Below, piece after piece: positions 24,093 to 32,541 of a stretch of 51,156 nucleotides of DNA. The number at the start of each line of letters is the position of its first letter. Position 1 is the first letter of the stretch. The DNA is from a virus (Duplodnaviria > Caudoviricetes). The position numbers were made by a program, and so were the translations under genes. The notes beneath the pieces are model-generated. The model worked only from the letters and a program-made list of their open reading frames with translations, ran no database searches and had not been told where the DNA came from. The DNA is taken from positions 1-51,156 of the IMG/VR virus record IMGVR_UViG_3300032303_000302; one strand, written 5' to 3'.

Positions 24093-24554
24093 TTAAACAT
24101 CTATATGATGTGCTTGAACACCATAACCTACAGTAGTTGCTCTGGTATTACCCGCTAAAAGATGATGATGGAGTTGACCATTCTCGTCTTTATGACGAAG
24201 AATGATAGGACGGTCAATGCCTTGATTTGATCCTATGAGTCTTTTAACTCTTTGTAATTTAGTTTTACTCTCAACGGAATTCGAACCTTGACCAATTTCA
24301 GAATTACCAATTTGATTTCCCCTTTTGACGGGTTGTATTTTTGATCGTGCAAGTGCTGAACGGAATGCGTTTTTATTTTGAGCAAAGTGACCGATAGCCT
24401 TGGCTATTGCTGGATGAGGAGAGTCCATGTTACCGCTTTGTATGGCTTGATGCTGAACAACTGCTTCTCCATGCTCTTCGTCCGATTGTCTTTTTGCATC
24501 TGGTTTGTTATAAATAACAGACTCAATAATGAAGTAATCAATAAATCTAAGCAT
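24093..24554 (-). CDS. Putative internal head protein with ParB/Srx-like motif
   Basis: MLRFIDYFIIE N-terminus; PIIL...HLLAGNTR; own late promoter. Confidence 0.62.
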   Translation of the reverse strand: MLRFIDYFIIESVIYNKPDAKRQSDEEHGEAVVQHQAIQSGNMDSPHPAIAKAIGHFAQNKNAFRSALARSKIQPVKRGNQIGNSEIGQGSNSVESKTKLQRVKRLIGSNQGIDRPIILRHKDENGQLHHHLLAGNTRATTVGYGVQAHHIDV

Positions 24555-24577
24555 ATACGTCCTTTTTAATTTATGTA

Positions 24578-24585
24578 TATTTATA
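24578..24585 (-). promoter_or_regulatory. T4-type late promoter
   Basis: TATAAATA on minus strand 23 nt upstream of ATG 24554. Confidence 0.7.
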
Positions 24586-24589
24586 ATTT

Positions 24590-24605
24590 CGGGAAGTAGC
24601 TCAGG
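24590..24605 (+). pseudogene. 5' fragment of a tRNA-Pro
   Basis: CGGGAAGTAGCTCAGG nearly matches the start of tRNA-Pro at 16988; the rest is missing. Confidence 0.45.
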
Positions 24606-24635
24606 TGCTCGTTTGCTTAGTCAATAAGTTAATAT

Positions 24636-24711
24636 GCCTCGTTAACTCAGTTGGTAGAGTGCATCCTTTACACGGATGAAGTCGGCGGTTCGAGCCCGTC
24701 ACGAGGTACCA
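24636..24711 (+). tRNA. tRNA-Val(TAC), second isodecoder
   Basis: Cloverleaf, CCA. Confidence 0.93.
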
Positions 24712-24729
24712 TTTTAAATCTTTTTTGGG

Positions 24730-24782
24730 TTGACCTTTTATTAAAAGAAGGGTATTGTTAATTATAAGTTGGAAAGAAGGAA
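24730..24782 (+). promoter_or_regulatory. Early promoter cassette
   Basis: TTGACC-17-TATTGT-TAATTATAAGTTGGAAAGAAGGAA. Confidence 0.8.
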
Positions 24783-24788
24783 TTCGTT

Positions 24789-25184
24789 ATGTATACCTTG
24801 TCAGACATTAACACCCTTACTAACTCTAAGGATGGAGACATCTACTCGGACCTGTACAAGGATGTGTACGGTTGCCGTCCTCGTTACGCTGAGTTTGCCT
24901 CTACAGAGGAGTTTGACACAGACTTCGAGGCTCTCATCAATATGCTTAACCGCAAGGATGCGGAAGAAGCAAAGCGTCAGGCGCGTAACTTCGAGGACTT
25001 CATGCGCCGTGTTAGCGGTATCATGCGTACGGTCATGGGGTCTGATCGGGCTGATGCCGTTCGTATCTTGTGTGCAGCTGAGGGTATTGACGAGGAGGAG
25101 TTTGCCTTCTACGGTTTTGAGTCTCTCGAATACAAGTTCGACCTTAAGTTCGGTTCCATTAAAGAGTGGCTGGAGGTTGCATAA
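24789..25184 (+). CDS. Conserved phage early hypothetical protein
   Basis: SDLYKDVYG.RPR motif; codon usage more GC-rich than neighbours. Confidence 0.75.
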   Translation: MYTLSDINTLTNSKDGDIYSDLYKDVYGCRPRYAEFASTEEFDTDFEALINMLNRKDAEEAKRQARNFEDFMRRVSGIMRTVMGSDRADAVRILCAAEGIDEEEFAFYGFESLEYKFDLKFGSIKEWLEVA

Positions 25185-25396
25185 TGAACTCCTATCTTAT
25201 CTCTACCAACAAGGGTTGGATTAAGACTAACGACGAACGAATGGTTCAGATGCCATTCACTATCGATGAGATGATCGCAGACAATAGTGTTCTCGATCAT
25301 CCTACTGATTTAGACCCGACACCGTATAAAGTCTTCTTTGTAACAAAGAATGGCGAAGATTATTGGGAATTTGGAGAGTACGTTGGCATCGCTTGA
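25184..25396 (+). CDS. Small hypothetical protein
   Basis: TAATG overlap with upstream gene. Confidence 0.6.
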   Translation: MNSYLISTNKGWIKTNDERMVQMPFTIDEMIADNSVLDHPTDLDPTPYKVFFVTKNGEDYWEFGEYVGIA

Positions 25397-25718
25397 CACT
25401 TTCTTTGGTGAACTAGAAGAGCCTATGGTAAACCAAATACAAACACTATCCGAAAAGATTCGCCAGCGTCGTACACAGATGCTGGTGCATTCTTATCTCT
25501 ATTATGTTATGGATGAGAATGTTATCTCCGACGAAAAGTGGCAGCAGTGGGCAGATGAACTTACATCACTTCAAGAGATGTGGAATACACACGGTATGAC
25601 CAAAGAGATTGGTTTTTACGATAAAGAGTTCACTGACTGGAACGGTTCTACCGGTATGCATCTTCCTAGGGACAAATGGATTGTAGACCGTGCAAAGCTC
25701 CTACTAAAGAATCACTAG
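25383..25718 (+). CDS. Stand-alone NAD+-dependent DNA ligase domain Ia-like protein
   Basis: HSYLYY.MD...ISD..W.....EL..LQ motif; start uncertain (TTG 25383 or ATG 25425). Confidence 0.65.
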   Translation: MASLDTFFGELEEPMVNQIQTLSEKIRQRRTQMLVHSYLYYVMDENVISDEKWQQWADELTSLQEMWNTHGMTKEIGFYDKEFTDWNGSTGMHLPRDKWIVDRAKLLLKNH

Positions 25719-25739
25719 AATTTGCTCTGAAAGGATAAT

Positions 25740-26312
25740 ATGAAGGATTTAATCTTAACTGACTGTGATGGCGTTCTCCTTAATTGGGAGTTTGCTTTCG
25801 ATTGCTGGATGGAAGACAAGGGTTATAAAGGTATTCGAAAAGACGATTACGACATTTGTATTCGTTATGATATTACAGAGCCAGTGGCTTCGGCTCTCAT
25901 TAAGGAGTTTAACCAGTCGGCTGCAATCGGATTCCTTCCTCCATTGCGTGACGCGATGCACTATGTTAAAAAATTGCACGAAGAGCACGGTTATGTGTTC
26001 CGTGTAATTACTAGTTTAAGTGCAAATCCTTACGCACAGAAACTTCGGGAAAAGAACCTGGAGAAACTGTTTGGTACTGCTATTGATAGCATAATCTGTT
26101 TAGATACTGGTGCCGATAAGGATGCTGCTTTGGAACCGTATCGTAATTCTGGTCTGTACTGGATTGAAGATAAGGCAGAAAACGCAGAGCTCGGCAAGTC
26201 TATTGGGCTTACGTCTTTGCTTATGGAACATGAGCATAATATGTTTAATAATAAGGTACCTCTCGTAAAAAATTGGTACGAAATTTGGAACACCATTGTA
26301 AATGGTGACTAA
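25740..26312 (+). CDS. HAD-family phosphatase / 5'-nucleotidase (T4 gp30.2-like)
   Basis: LTDCDGVLL, VITSL, WIEDK..N. Confidence 0.82.
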   Translation: MKDLILTDCDGVLLNWEFAFDCWMEDKGYKGIRKDDYDICIRYDITEPVASALIKEFNQSAAIGFLPPLRDAMHYVKKLHEEHGYVFRVITSLSANPYAQKLREKNLEKLFGTAIDSIICLDTGADKDAALEPYRNSGLYWIEDKAENAELGKSIGLTSLLMEHEHNMFNNKVPLVKNWYEIWNTIVNGD

Positions 26313-26320
26313 ATACAATA

Positions 26321-26652
26321 TCAGTTGTTGACAGGCAACAATAAAGGCGGAAAGACAGGGGTTCGACTCCCCTCACCTCCACCATAGATACATTGGACGG
26401 TCTTAGCCTGCTCGGCGGACCGGTTACCTTGGCGGGTAGCGAACGATAGTGCGCCAACACTGTTTATATCCAGTGTGTCTATGATGGGGGTGACCTGGAT
26501 ATCGATTTTCGTGTAATAGGGCGTCCGAGACTGATTCGGTGGCTGAGCGGCCAAAAAACAATAAATGCAGCGAACGATAACTCGTCTGTTGAATTCGCCC
26601 TAGCGGCTTAATTCAAATGCGCCCGGAGGGAGCGTGGAAACAGAATCCCTCC
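26321..26652 (+). ncRNA. ssrA: Circularly permuted two-piece tmRNA (alphaproteobacterial type)
   Basis: Acceptor piece with T arm and CACCTCC-A-CCA ending at 26384; coding piece starts GGGGGTG at 26486 (G3-U70); tag frame 26567-26611 AANDNSSVEFALAA*. Confidence 0.92.
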
Positions 26653-26655
26653 ACT

Positions 26656-26663
26656 TATAAATA
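26656..26663 (+). promoter_or_regulatory. T4-type late promoter
   Basis: TATAAATA. Confidence 0.65.
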
Positions 26664-26707
26664 CACTGTCCACTAAGGGCATACACACATACACAAAGGA
26701 AATAATT

Positions 26708-26920
26708 ATGGGTAAGACACCTTATGAGCTTCGTATGGAAGCTATTCAAACTGCACAATCGCAGCTTAACCAAAAGTTCATGTATGAATGGGATCTGGCT
26801 GCACGTAAAGCAGAACTCACTGAGGACAAGACTCTTCTAACCGAAGTACCTCAGTATCCTACTACAGAACAAATTCTCGCAGAAGCGACAAAATTCAAAA
26901 AGTTTATCGACGAAGCTTAA
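26708..26920 (+). CDS. Conserved small phage protein
   Basis: KTPYELR.E....A...YPT.E.IL..A.....F pattern. Confidence 0.72.
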   Translation: MGKTPYELRMEAIQTAQSQLNQKFMYEWDLAARKAELTEDKTLLTEVPQYPTTEQILAEATKFKKFIDEA

Positions 26921-26931
26921 TCGCCTGTCTT

Positions 26932-26939
26932 TATAAATA
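26932..26939 (+). promoter_or_regulatory. T4-type late promoter
   Basis: TATAAATA 18 nt before ATG 26958. Confidence 0.7.
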
Positions 26940-26957
26940 TCCTGAAAAGGATATCTA

Positions 26958-27323
26958 ATGCAAACTTTTACCTCATTCTTCGAAGCTGTTCGTTATGGAG
27001 AGAAGAGATGTACTGCTGTTACATGTAACGCAATTGCTTCTCATCACGGTATTGAATCAGCCAAACTAGGACCTGATCATAATGTTGGTACAGGTGTTGG
27101 TGTTTATCAGCATCTTCGTAAACACGGTATGATACTAAAAGGTGATGGTTGGGAACAAGAAGGTAAGACTGTTAAGCAGTTTGTAAAAGATAATCCTACA
27201 GGCGCTCATTATATTTCTACTCGCGGACATGCCATGGCTGTTATCAATGGTAAGCTACATGATTCCAGTGGTAAAGGTCCAGACGGTAGAAAGATTCATA
27301 CTTCATTCGAAGTAACAAAGTAA
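26958..27323 (+). CDS. Putative internal head protein with a papain-like Cys/His/Asp pattern
   Basis: MQTFTSFFE N-terminus; RC.......IA, TVKQF, GHAMAVI.G..HD. Confidence 0.55.
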   Translation: MQTFTSFFEAVRYGEKRCTAVTCNAIASHHGIESAKLGPDHNVGTGVGVYQHLRKHGMILKGDGWEQEGKTVKQFVKDNPTGAHYISTRGHAMAVINGKLHDSSGKGPDGRKIHTSFEVTK

Positions 27324-27326
27324 GCA

Positions 27327-27413
27327 GCCAACTGCTTAAGTGTTGGCGTGTAAGTGGCACTCGAAAGAGTGGAGCGGATACTACGAAAAGGTATCGCCGG
27401 ACCTCGTAACCGG
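27327..27413 (+). ncRNA. Four-hairpin structured RNA
   Basis: GCCAAC/GTTGGC, CACTC-GAAA-GAGTG, GATAC/GTATC, CCGG/CCGG. Confidence 0.5.
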
Positions 27414-27429
27414 TTAATACATAAATGAT

Positions 27430-27458
27430 TTGACTTATACGATAAAAGGTGTTATAAC
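27430..27458 (+). promoter_or_regulatory. sigma70-type promoter
   Basis: TTGACT-17-TATAAC. Confidence 0.6.
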
Positions 27459-27770
27459 TAAGATTAGTTGGATAGAAGTGTTAAACTAATCCAACTAAAT
27501 ATATCATGACGGAGGTTGGCATCCTCCATTGACCTTTACAAAACTTCAAGTCTTAGATGGCTAGAAAGCGGTATTATTCCGTAAGAGAAATACGTGATGA
27601 TACTACCAACGAAACACTAATGATTTTGCATTTCCAGTAAAGGGGAAATGGATGGAAGATACTTCGTTATTCTATTGTGTATCTTCTTATAGCAATGTAG
27701 ACAGATGGTGCTGAAACGCATCTATACACTCGTCTATATTAGCCAAGATCATTATATCTAAGAGGATACA

Positions 27771-28352
27771 ATGGTTCTTTTTAAAAAAACAGAAACCTTC
27801 CCTAATTTAACTAGAGGAGAAGGTTTTGTGGTAGGATTGATCTTTGCGATCATTATAGCAATGTTTATTCCAACCAAGACGGTAACCAAATATATTATGG
27901 TACCTGAAGTCAAAGTAATTGAGAAGGTTGTTGAAAAGCCGGTAATTGTCAAGAAGCCTGTATATGTCAGCGCACATGATAAACGCCAAATCCAATGCCT
28001 GGCAGAGAATGCTTATTTCGAAGCAGGCAATCAATCAACAAAAGGTAAAGTAGCCGTAACTAATGTTGTTATGAACCGAGTCAAGGATGAAAGATTTCCT
28101 AAATCGGCTTGTGCTGTTGTTCACCAGAAGTCACGTGGCGTTTGCCAGTTCTCCTGGGTATGTGAAGGCAACAAGCGTATTCGTAACATGGCTATGTACG
28201 CTGAATCGAAGCGAGTCGCCGAGAATGTCTACCTAGGTAATACAAGAGATGTGACAAAAGGCGCAAAATTCTATCATGCTAATTATGTAAATCCTAACTG
28301 GGGTATGCGACGTGTGACCCAAATTGGGGCACATATTTTTTATAGAGGATGA
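27771..28352 (+). CDS. SleB-like cell wall hydrolase (Hydrolase_2) with N-terminal TM
   Basis: CLAENAYFEA, AV.NVVMNRV...FP...C.VV.Q, CQFSW, FYHA.YV.P.W, IG.HIFY. Confidence 0.9.
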   Translation: MVLFKKTETFPNLTRGEGFVVGLIFAIIIAMFIPTKTVTKYIMVPEVKVIEKVVEKPVIVKKPVYVSAHDKRQIQCLAENAYFEAGNQSTKGKVAVTNVVMNRVKDERFPKSACAVVHQKSRGVCQFSWVCEGNKRIRNMAMYAESKRVAENVYLGNTRDVTKGAKFYHANYVNPNWGMRRVTQIGAHIFYRG

Positions 28353-28355
28353 ATT

Positions 28356-28601
28356 ATGAATGAAGATCTGAAGCTTACTAAGATTATTGATAATGATAAA
28401 TTCTATAAAGATGTAGATACGCTTGTAAAAAAGCACAATTTACCTTATATGGATGCTATAGTATATTTTTGTGAAAAGAATGGAATAGAAATTGAAACAG
28501 CAGCTGCTTTAATTAAAAGTAACTTCAGAATCAAAGCTCATGTACAATCAGAGGGCGAGGCATTAAATTATCTACCGAAGACATCTAAACTTCCAATTTA
28601 A
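28356..28601 (+). CDS. gp33: Late transcription coactivator gp33
   Basis: YMDAIV.FCE.N.IEIE, E...LNYL; position before gp59. Confidence 0.85.
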   Translation: MNEDLKLTKIIDNDKFYKDVDTLVKKHNLPYMDAIVYFCEKNGIEIETAAALIKSNFRIKAHVQSEGEALNYLPKTSKLPI

Positions 28602-28627
28602 TGCCTCGCCTTTTTAACGGAGGTCTT

Positions 28628-29212
28628 ATGTCGCCGTTTGAATCTTATAAAATGTTTCTGGCAATTAAAATGCACTTTACTACACCTGGTTATGATTATA
28701 TAAAATATCAGGGTAAAGTAGGTGCAAAGATTGAGTCATTTGAACGTCGAAGAGATAAGTTTCAGTTTGCCAAACTAGCTAAGAAGAAAGATCCATTGTA
28801 CTTCTTAGTATCTAATTTTGTTTATGACAGTCCAACTTGGATTGGGGATCTTCTTACAGAAGAAGCAGAAAATAATTTTGCAGAGTGGCAGAAAAAACAA
28901 CAGTCTCTGACATATATACTAACAAACGAAATAAATATGCTAGACGATGACTTCGTCTCTTATTTTAAAGTAAAAGATGGTCAGCATCCATTACTTTTAA
29001 ATATGTACAAGCAGAAGAAATTGTCAATTGAAACATTAATTGTTTTGAATGACATATTGACTTTTTTCCCTATCTGGGATAAAAAGTTAAATGACACTAT
29101 TATCTGGCCTAGTATCAGAGACAAGTGTCTAAAATACCGTCAGTTTATACATTATGATAAGGCTAAACTTAAACAAGTAGTTAAGTCTATGATGACGGAA
29201 AGTGTATTATGA
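28628..29212 (+). CDS. gp59: Helicase loader gp59
   Basis: Y..FLAIKMHF...YDY.KY.G, F..R.DK..F.KL; start after GGAGG. Confidence 0.88.
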   Translation: MSPFESYKMFLAIKMHFTTPGYDYIKYQGKVGAKIESFERRRDKFQFAKLAKKKDPLYFLVSNFVYDSPTWIGDLLTEEAENNFAEWQKKQQSLTYILTNEINMLDDDFVSYFKVKDGQHPLLLNMYKQKKLSIETLIVLNDILTFFPIWDKKLNDTIIWPSIRDKCLKYRQFIHYDKAKLKQVVKSMMTESVL

Positions 29213-29266
29213 TATTACGTAATACAAATCATACAACGCAACATTTCGAATATACGGAGAATACAT
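29213..29266 (+). promoter_or_regulatory. Putative gp32 autogenous translational operator
   Basis: A/C-rich unstructured leader with four ATAC repeats, analogous to the T4 gene 32 leader. Confidence 0.35.
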
Positions 29267-30178
29267 ATGTCTTTTAATGATCTAAAGCGCTCTTCAGCGG
29301 CAAGTTTTGAAAAGCTCACTAAGGAGCTTTCTAAGCTAAACACCAACAACAACTTTGACAAGTCAGCAGACGATCGTATGTGGAAGCCCACTGTCGATAA
29401 GGCTGGTAACGGCTATGCTGTTATTCGCTTTCTGCCTGCGCCGGCTAATGAAGATGTACCTTTTGTACGTATCTTCAGCCATGGCTTTCAGGGTCCTGGT
29501 GGCTGGTATATTGAGAACTCACTGACCACTATTGGTCAGCAAGATCCGATTGCAGAACATAACAGTAAACTATGGAACTCAGGCAACGATGCGGATAAGG
29601 AAACTGCCCGTAAGCAAAAGCGTCGCCTGAACTACTATAGCAACATCTATGTTGTGAAGGATCCTGGCAATCCGGAGAACGAAGGTAAGGTATTCATTTT
29701 TAAGTATGGTAAGAAGATCTTTGACAAGATTAATGATCTAATGAACCCATCATTTGAAGATGAAAAGCCAGTTAATCCTTTTGATCTATGGACAGGTGCA
29801 AACTTTAAACTGAAGATTCGTAAGTTTGAAGGATATCCAAACTATGACAAGTCGGAGTTTGATAGTCCGGCTCCACTACTTGATGATGATGACGAGCTTG
29901 AAGCAGTCTACAAGCAAGAACATTCACTTCAGGAACTAATTGACAAGAAGAATTTCAAGACCTATGCGGAACTTGAAACACGTCTGAACAAGGCTCTTGG
30001 TCTTGTCGGTGGAACAGCACGTACAGAATCTAAGTCTAACTTTGATGATGACGACGATGTTCCTTTCGAGAAGTCGGAACCACAGTTCAAGTCAAAGCCT
30101 GCTCCTGCGCCTAAGGCTCAGGAAGATGACGACGATGAAGATTTTGAATTCTTTAAGAAACTGGCTGAAGAAGACTAA
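29267..30178 (+). CDS. gp32: Single-stranded DNA-binding protein gp32
   Basis: DKAGNGYAVIRFLPAP, WYIENS, KYGKKIFDKI, GANFKLKI, NYDKSEF; acidic tail. Confidence 0.96.
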   Translation: MSFNDLKRSSAASFEKLTKELSKLNTNNNFDKSADDRMWKPTVDKAGNGYAVIRFLPAPANEDVPFVRIFSHGFQGPGGWYIENSLTTIGQQDPIAEHNSKLWNSGNDADKETARKQKRRLNYYSNIYVVKDPGNPENEGKVFIFKYGKKIFDKINDLMNPSFEDEKPVNPFDLWTGANFKLKIRKFEGYPNYDKSEFDSPAPLLDDDDELEAVYKQEHSLQELIDKKNFKTYAELETRLNKALGLVGGTARTESKSNFDDDDDVPFEKSEPQFKSKPAPAPKAQEDDDDEDFEFFKKLAEED

Positions 30179-30197
30179 GTCTAACTATATGTCAAGG

Positions 30198-30227
30198 AAA
30201 AGAGGGGGCTTTGGTCCCCTCTTTTTT
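30198..30227. terminator. Bidirectional terminator between convergent blocks
   Basis: AAAAGAGGGG...CCCCTCTTTTTT. Confidence 0.85.
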
Positions 30228-30229
30228 GC

Positions 30230-32530
30230 TTAGTGAAGGCCATCCACACCCATAACATATTTCATAAACCAATTTGGTTCCCATGAAGATTTCTTTTTAG
30301 GAGCTGGAGGTGTCTTAGGTCTTTGAGCAAGCGCTTGAGCACGGGCATTAGGATCTGCTGAAACTATGCCTCCGCCAGGATTATAAGGCATATTTGGTAT
30401 ATTTGGTTTTTTATTTGGTTGTAACAACGGAGCCATTAAGGTTTTTAACCATATAGGTTCACTGTTTGTTAGGTCGGGATTACCGGCAACAATCCACTTA
30501 TTCCTCTTTAGGAATTCTAGAGGATCGATTTGCGTACCCCAGCCCCCTCCTCCTTTTCTTATCTCAAAATGTAGATGAGCACCAGTAGATTTACCATCTC
30601 TTGCATCACCAGTATCTCCACCAGAAAGCCCTATCAGATCACCTTTTTTAACGGCTTGTTCTTTTTGTACGTTGAGTTTGGATAGGTGTCCGTATGTAAA
30701 GTAAAGCCCTTCTCCTGCTTTTATTTGTACAGCAAGACCTTGTCCTCCATGTCCATCACCGCCTGGGCTTACTTTAGCGTACTCAATAATACCATCGGAA
30801 GCAGCGTACAGAGGTGTACCTGTAGGTACGCTTACGTCTACACCAAGATGTTTTTCCCAACTACCGTTGAGCATTCTGAAACCGTAACCACTAGTTATAT
30901 TGCTGCCACTAACTTTGCCCCCGGTCATATTTGTAAACCCGGACGCAGTAATTAAACCACTATTAATTAAATTACGACCAGCATTTATTTCATTGACATT
31001 GATATTATTAGAAGATAACACACTCAATATACTAGACGCATAAGCTGGGTTAGGATTATATCCGTTCTTTACTAGAGCTTCAATTGCTTGCTGAGGAGTT
31101 AAGCCTTCTGGAATATTTTTATTCCATTTTTTAACATGTGCAGCAATGGCATCGTCAATAGAGTTGTATTTTACATACATCTGCATCTGACCTGTGCCGT
31201 TATCACGTGCTACTACGTGAGGCTGACTCTCTACAGCATGTTGACCAAACGGATTGTTAGACCCTGCAGGCATACGAGAACCATAACCAGATTCCCAAGC
31301 CCACTGAGCAGCAGTTATCTCCGGATATGGATCTCCTAACGCTATTGCGCGATCCATTATATCTTTAAAATCATCACGTATATTGCCACTAGGCGTATAG
31401 TTACCTGTAACGTTACGTGTAAAGAAGTCTTTAGCACTCTGGAAGGCATTACCTAACCATGTTGTAAAGCTAGATAGCATACTAGACTGCTGCTGCCTAG
31501 CTCCGCCTGTAATAGCTTCTGATCCTGGAGCATTAGGTCTAATAACCTTTACAGCATTAGCAGCATTCTTTACTAGCTGTTTAGATACTTTATCTTGTTT
31601 AGGTTCTTCTTTTTTAGGACGTATTCTTTTTTCGGCTTCTTCTTTTTTCTTAGTAAGATCCGCATTAGTACCAGTTATTTGTTTATCTGTAGTAGTCCCT
31701 GGCTTAGTATTTTTCTTTAGCCATTCTCTAGCTTTGTCAGAAGCACCACCTCTGTTATTAGGCCCATAAGCGTCCCGAACCATTTTATAATAGAAAAGTG
31801 GATCGCCTTCTTGTGCTTTGTTTATATCTGCGTTACTGTAGTTCTTACCATCAATCTTCCAACCTGCTGTAAAGCCTTGTTCGTTATAGATAGGCTCCAT
31901 ACCATAACGTTTCAGACCGTTTGCCTGTTGCTGTTCTTCGCCTTGTGTAGATTTCATAAAAGAATCTAAACCGTAGACCATAGCAACTGTAGTAAGAGTC
32001 GCGAGACCAGCGAAGACAGCAGCTGTTAATGCTCCAGCACTAAGCACTTCTCCCGCGGCCAGATCTACTAAATCGGTTATATCCGGACCGCCGTCGCCCC
32101 CTCCACTTAAATCTAGCTGTCCTAATTTTTCAGCTAGTGTATTGGTCTTCTCTGTTAAGGCGTTTAGATTTTCTGTAAACTCTGCAAAACTAAAAGATGT
32201 TAACCCGGAATTACTTTCAGCAGAACCTCCCGTGTTCTGCTCCATGTAGGCTTCTTTTCTAGCAGACTCGAAAGAAGTTCTTTTAGCATCTTGTATTTTA
32301 ATAAAGTTAGACGTATACGTCAGAACTTTATTAAATTCGTTTTCTATATCAGTTAATGTATTTGAAATAGATGTATATGTCTGTTTGAGTGTGACAACTA
32401 CAGGCTCTTCTGTTTTATCTTCAGAGGAACGTGTCCTTGTTTTTACTTTATTAAGACGGATGATATTTACGATTTCTTGAATAGAATCGTCTTCAAGACC
32501 TTCAAAAATAACTTTATATTTGCTATCCAT
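30230..32530 (-). CDS. Tail/hub protein with GH73 glucosaminidase and M23 peptidase domains
   Basis: AAQWAWESGYG..NNPFG..Y (GH73/FlgJ); HLGVD, YGHL, STGAHLHFE (M23). Confidence 0.82.
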   Translation of the reverse strand: MDSKYKVIFEGLEDDSIQEIVNIIRLNKVKTRTRSSEDKTEEPVVVTLKQTYTSISNTLTDIENEFNKVLTYTSNFIKIQDAKRTSFESARKEAYMEQNTGGSAESNSGLTSFSFAEFTENLNALTEKTNTLAEKLGQLDLSGGGDGGPDITDLVDLAAGEVLSAGALTAAVFAGLATLTTVAMVYGLDSFMKSTQGEEQQQANGLKRYGMEPIYNEQGFTAGWKIDGKNYSNADINKAQEGDPLFYYKMVRDAYGPNNRGGASDKAREWLKKNTKPGTTTDKQITGTNADLTKKKEEAEKRIRPKKEEPKQDKVSKQLVKNAANAVKVIRPNAPGSEAITGGARQQQSSMLSSFTTWLGNAFQSAKDFFTRNVTGNYTPSGNIRDDFKDIMDRAIALGDPYPEITAAQWAWESGYGSRMPAGSNNPFGQHAVESQPHVVARDNGTGQMQMYVKYNSIDDAIAAHVKKWNKNIPEGLTPQQAIEALVKNGYNPNPAYASSILSVLSSNNINVNEINAGRNLINSGLITASGFTNMTGGKVSGSNITSGYGFRMLNGSWEKHLGVDVSVPTGTPLYAASDGIIEYAKVSPGGDGHGGQGLAVQIKAGEGLYFTYGHLSKLNVQKEQAVKKGDLIGLSGGDTGDARDGKSTGAHLHFEIRKGGGGWGTQIDPLEFLKRNKWIVAGNPDLTNSEPIWLKTLMAPLLQPNKKPNIPNMPYNPGGGIVSADPNARAQALAQRPKTPPAPKKKSSWEPNWFMKYVMGVDGLH

Positions 32531-32541
32531 TGCCTATTACC

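Noticed and set aside
27355-27380. c-di-GMP-I riboswitch-like CACTCGAAAGAGTGG
   Set aside because: Lacks the GGCAAA/GCAAAG internal motifs and the tetraloop-receptor P2 stem
27594-27615. Hammerhead-like GTGATGA...GAAAC
   Set aside because: The core needs CTGATGA and a paired stem II; neither is present
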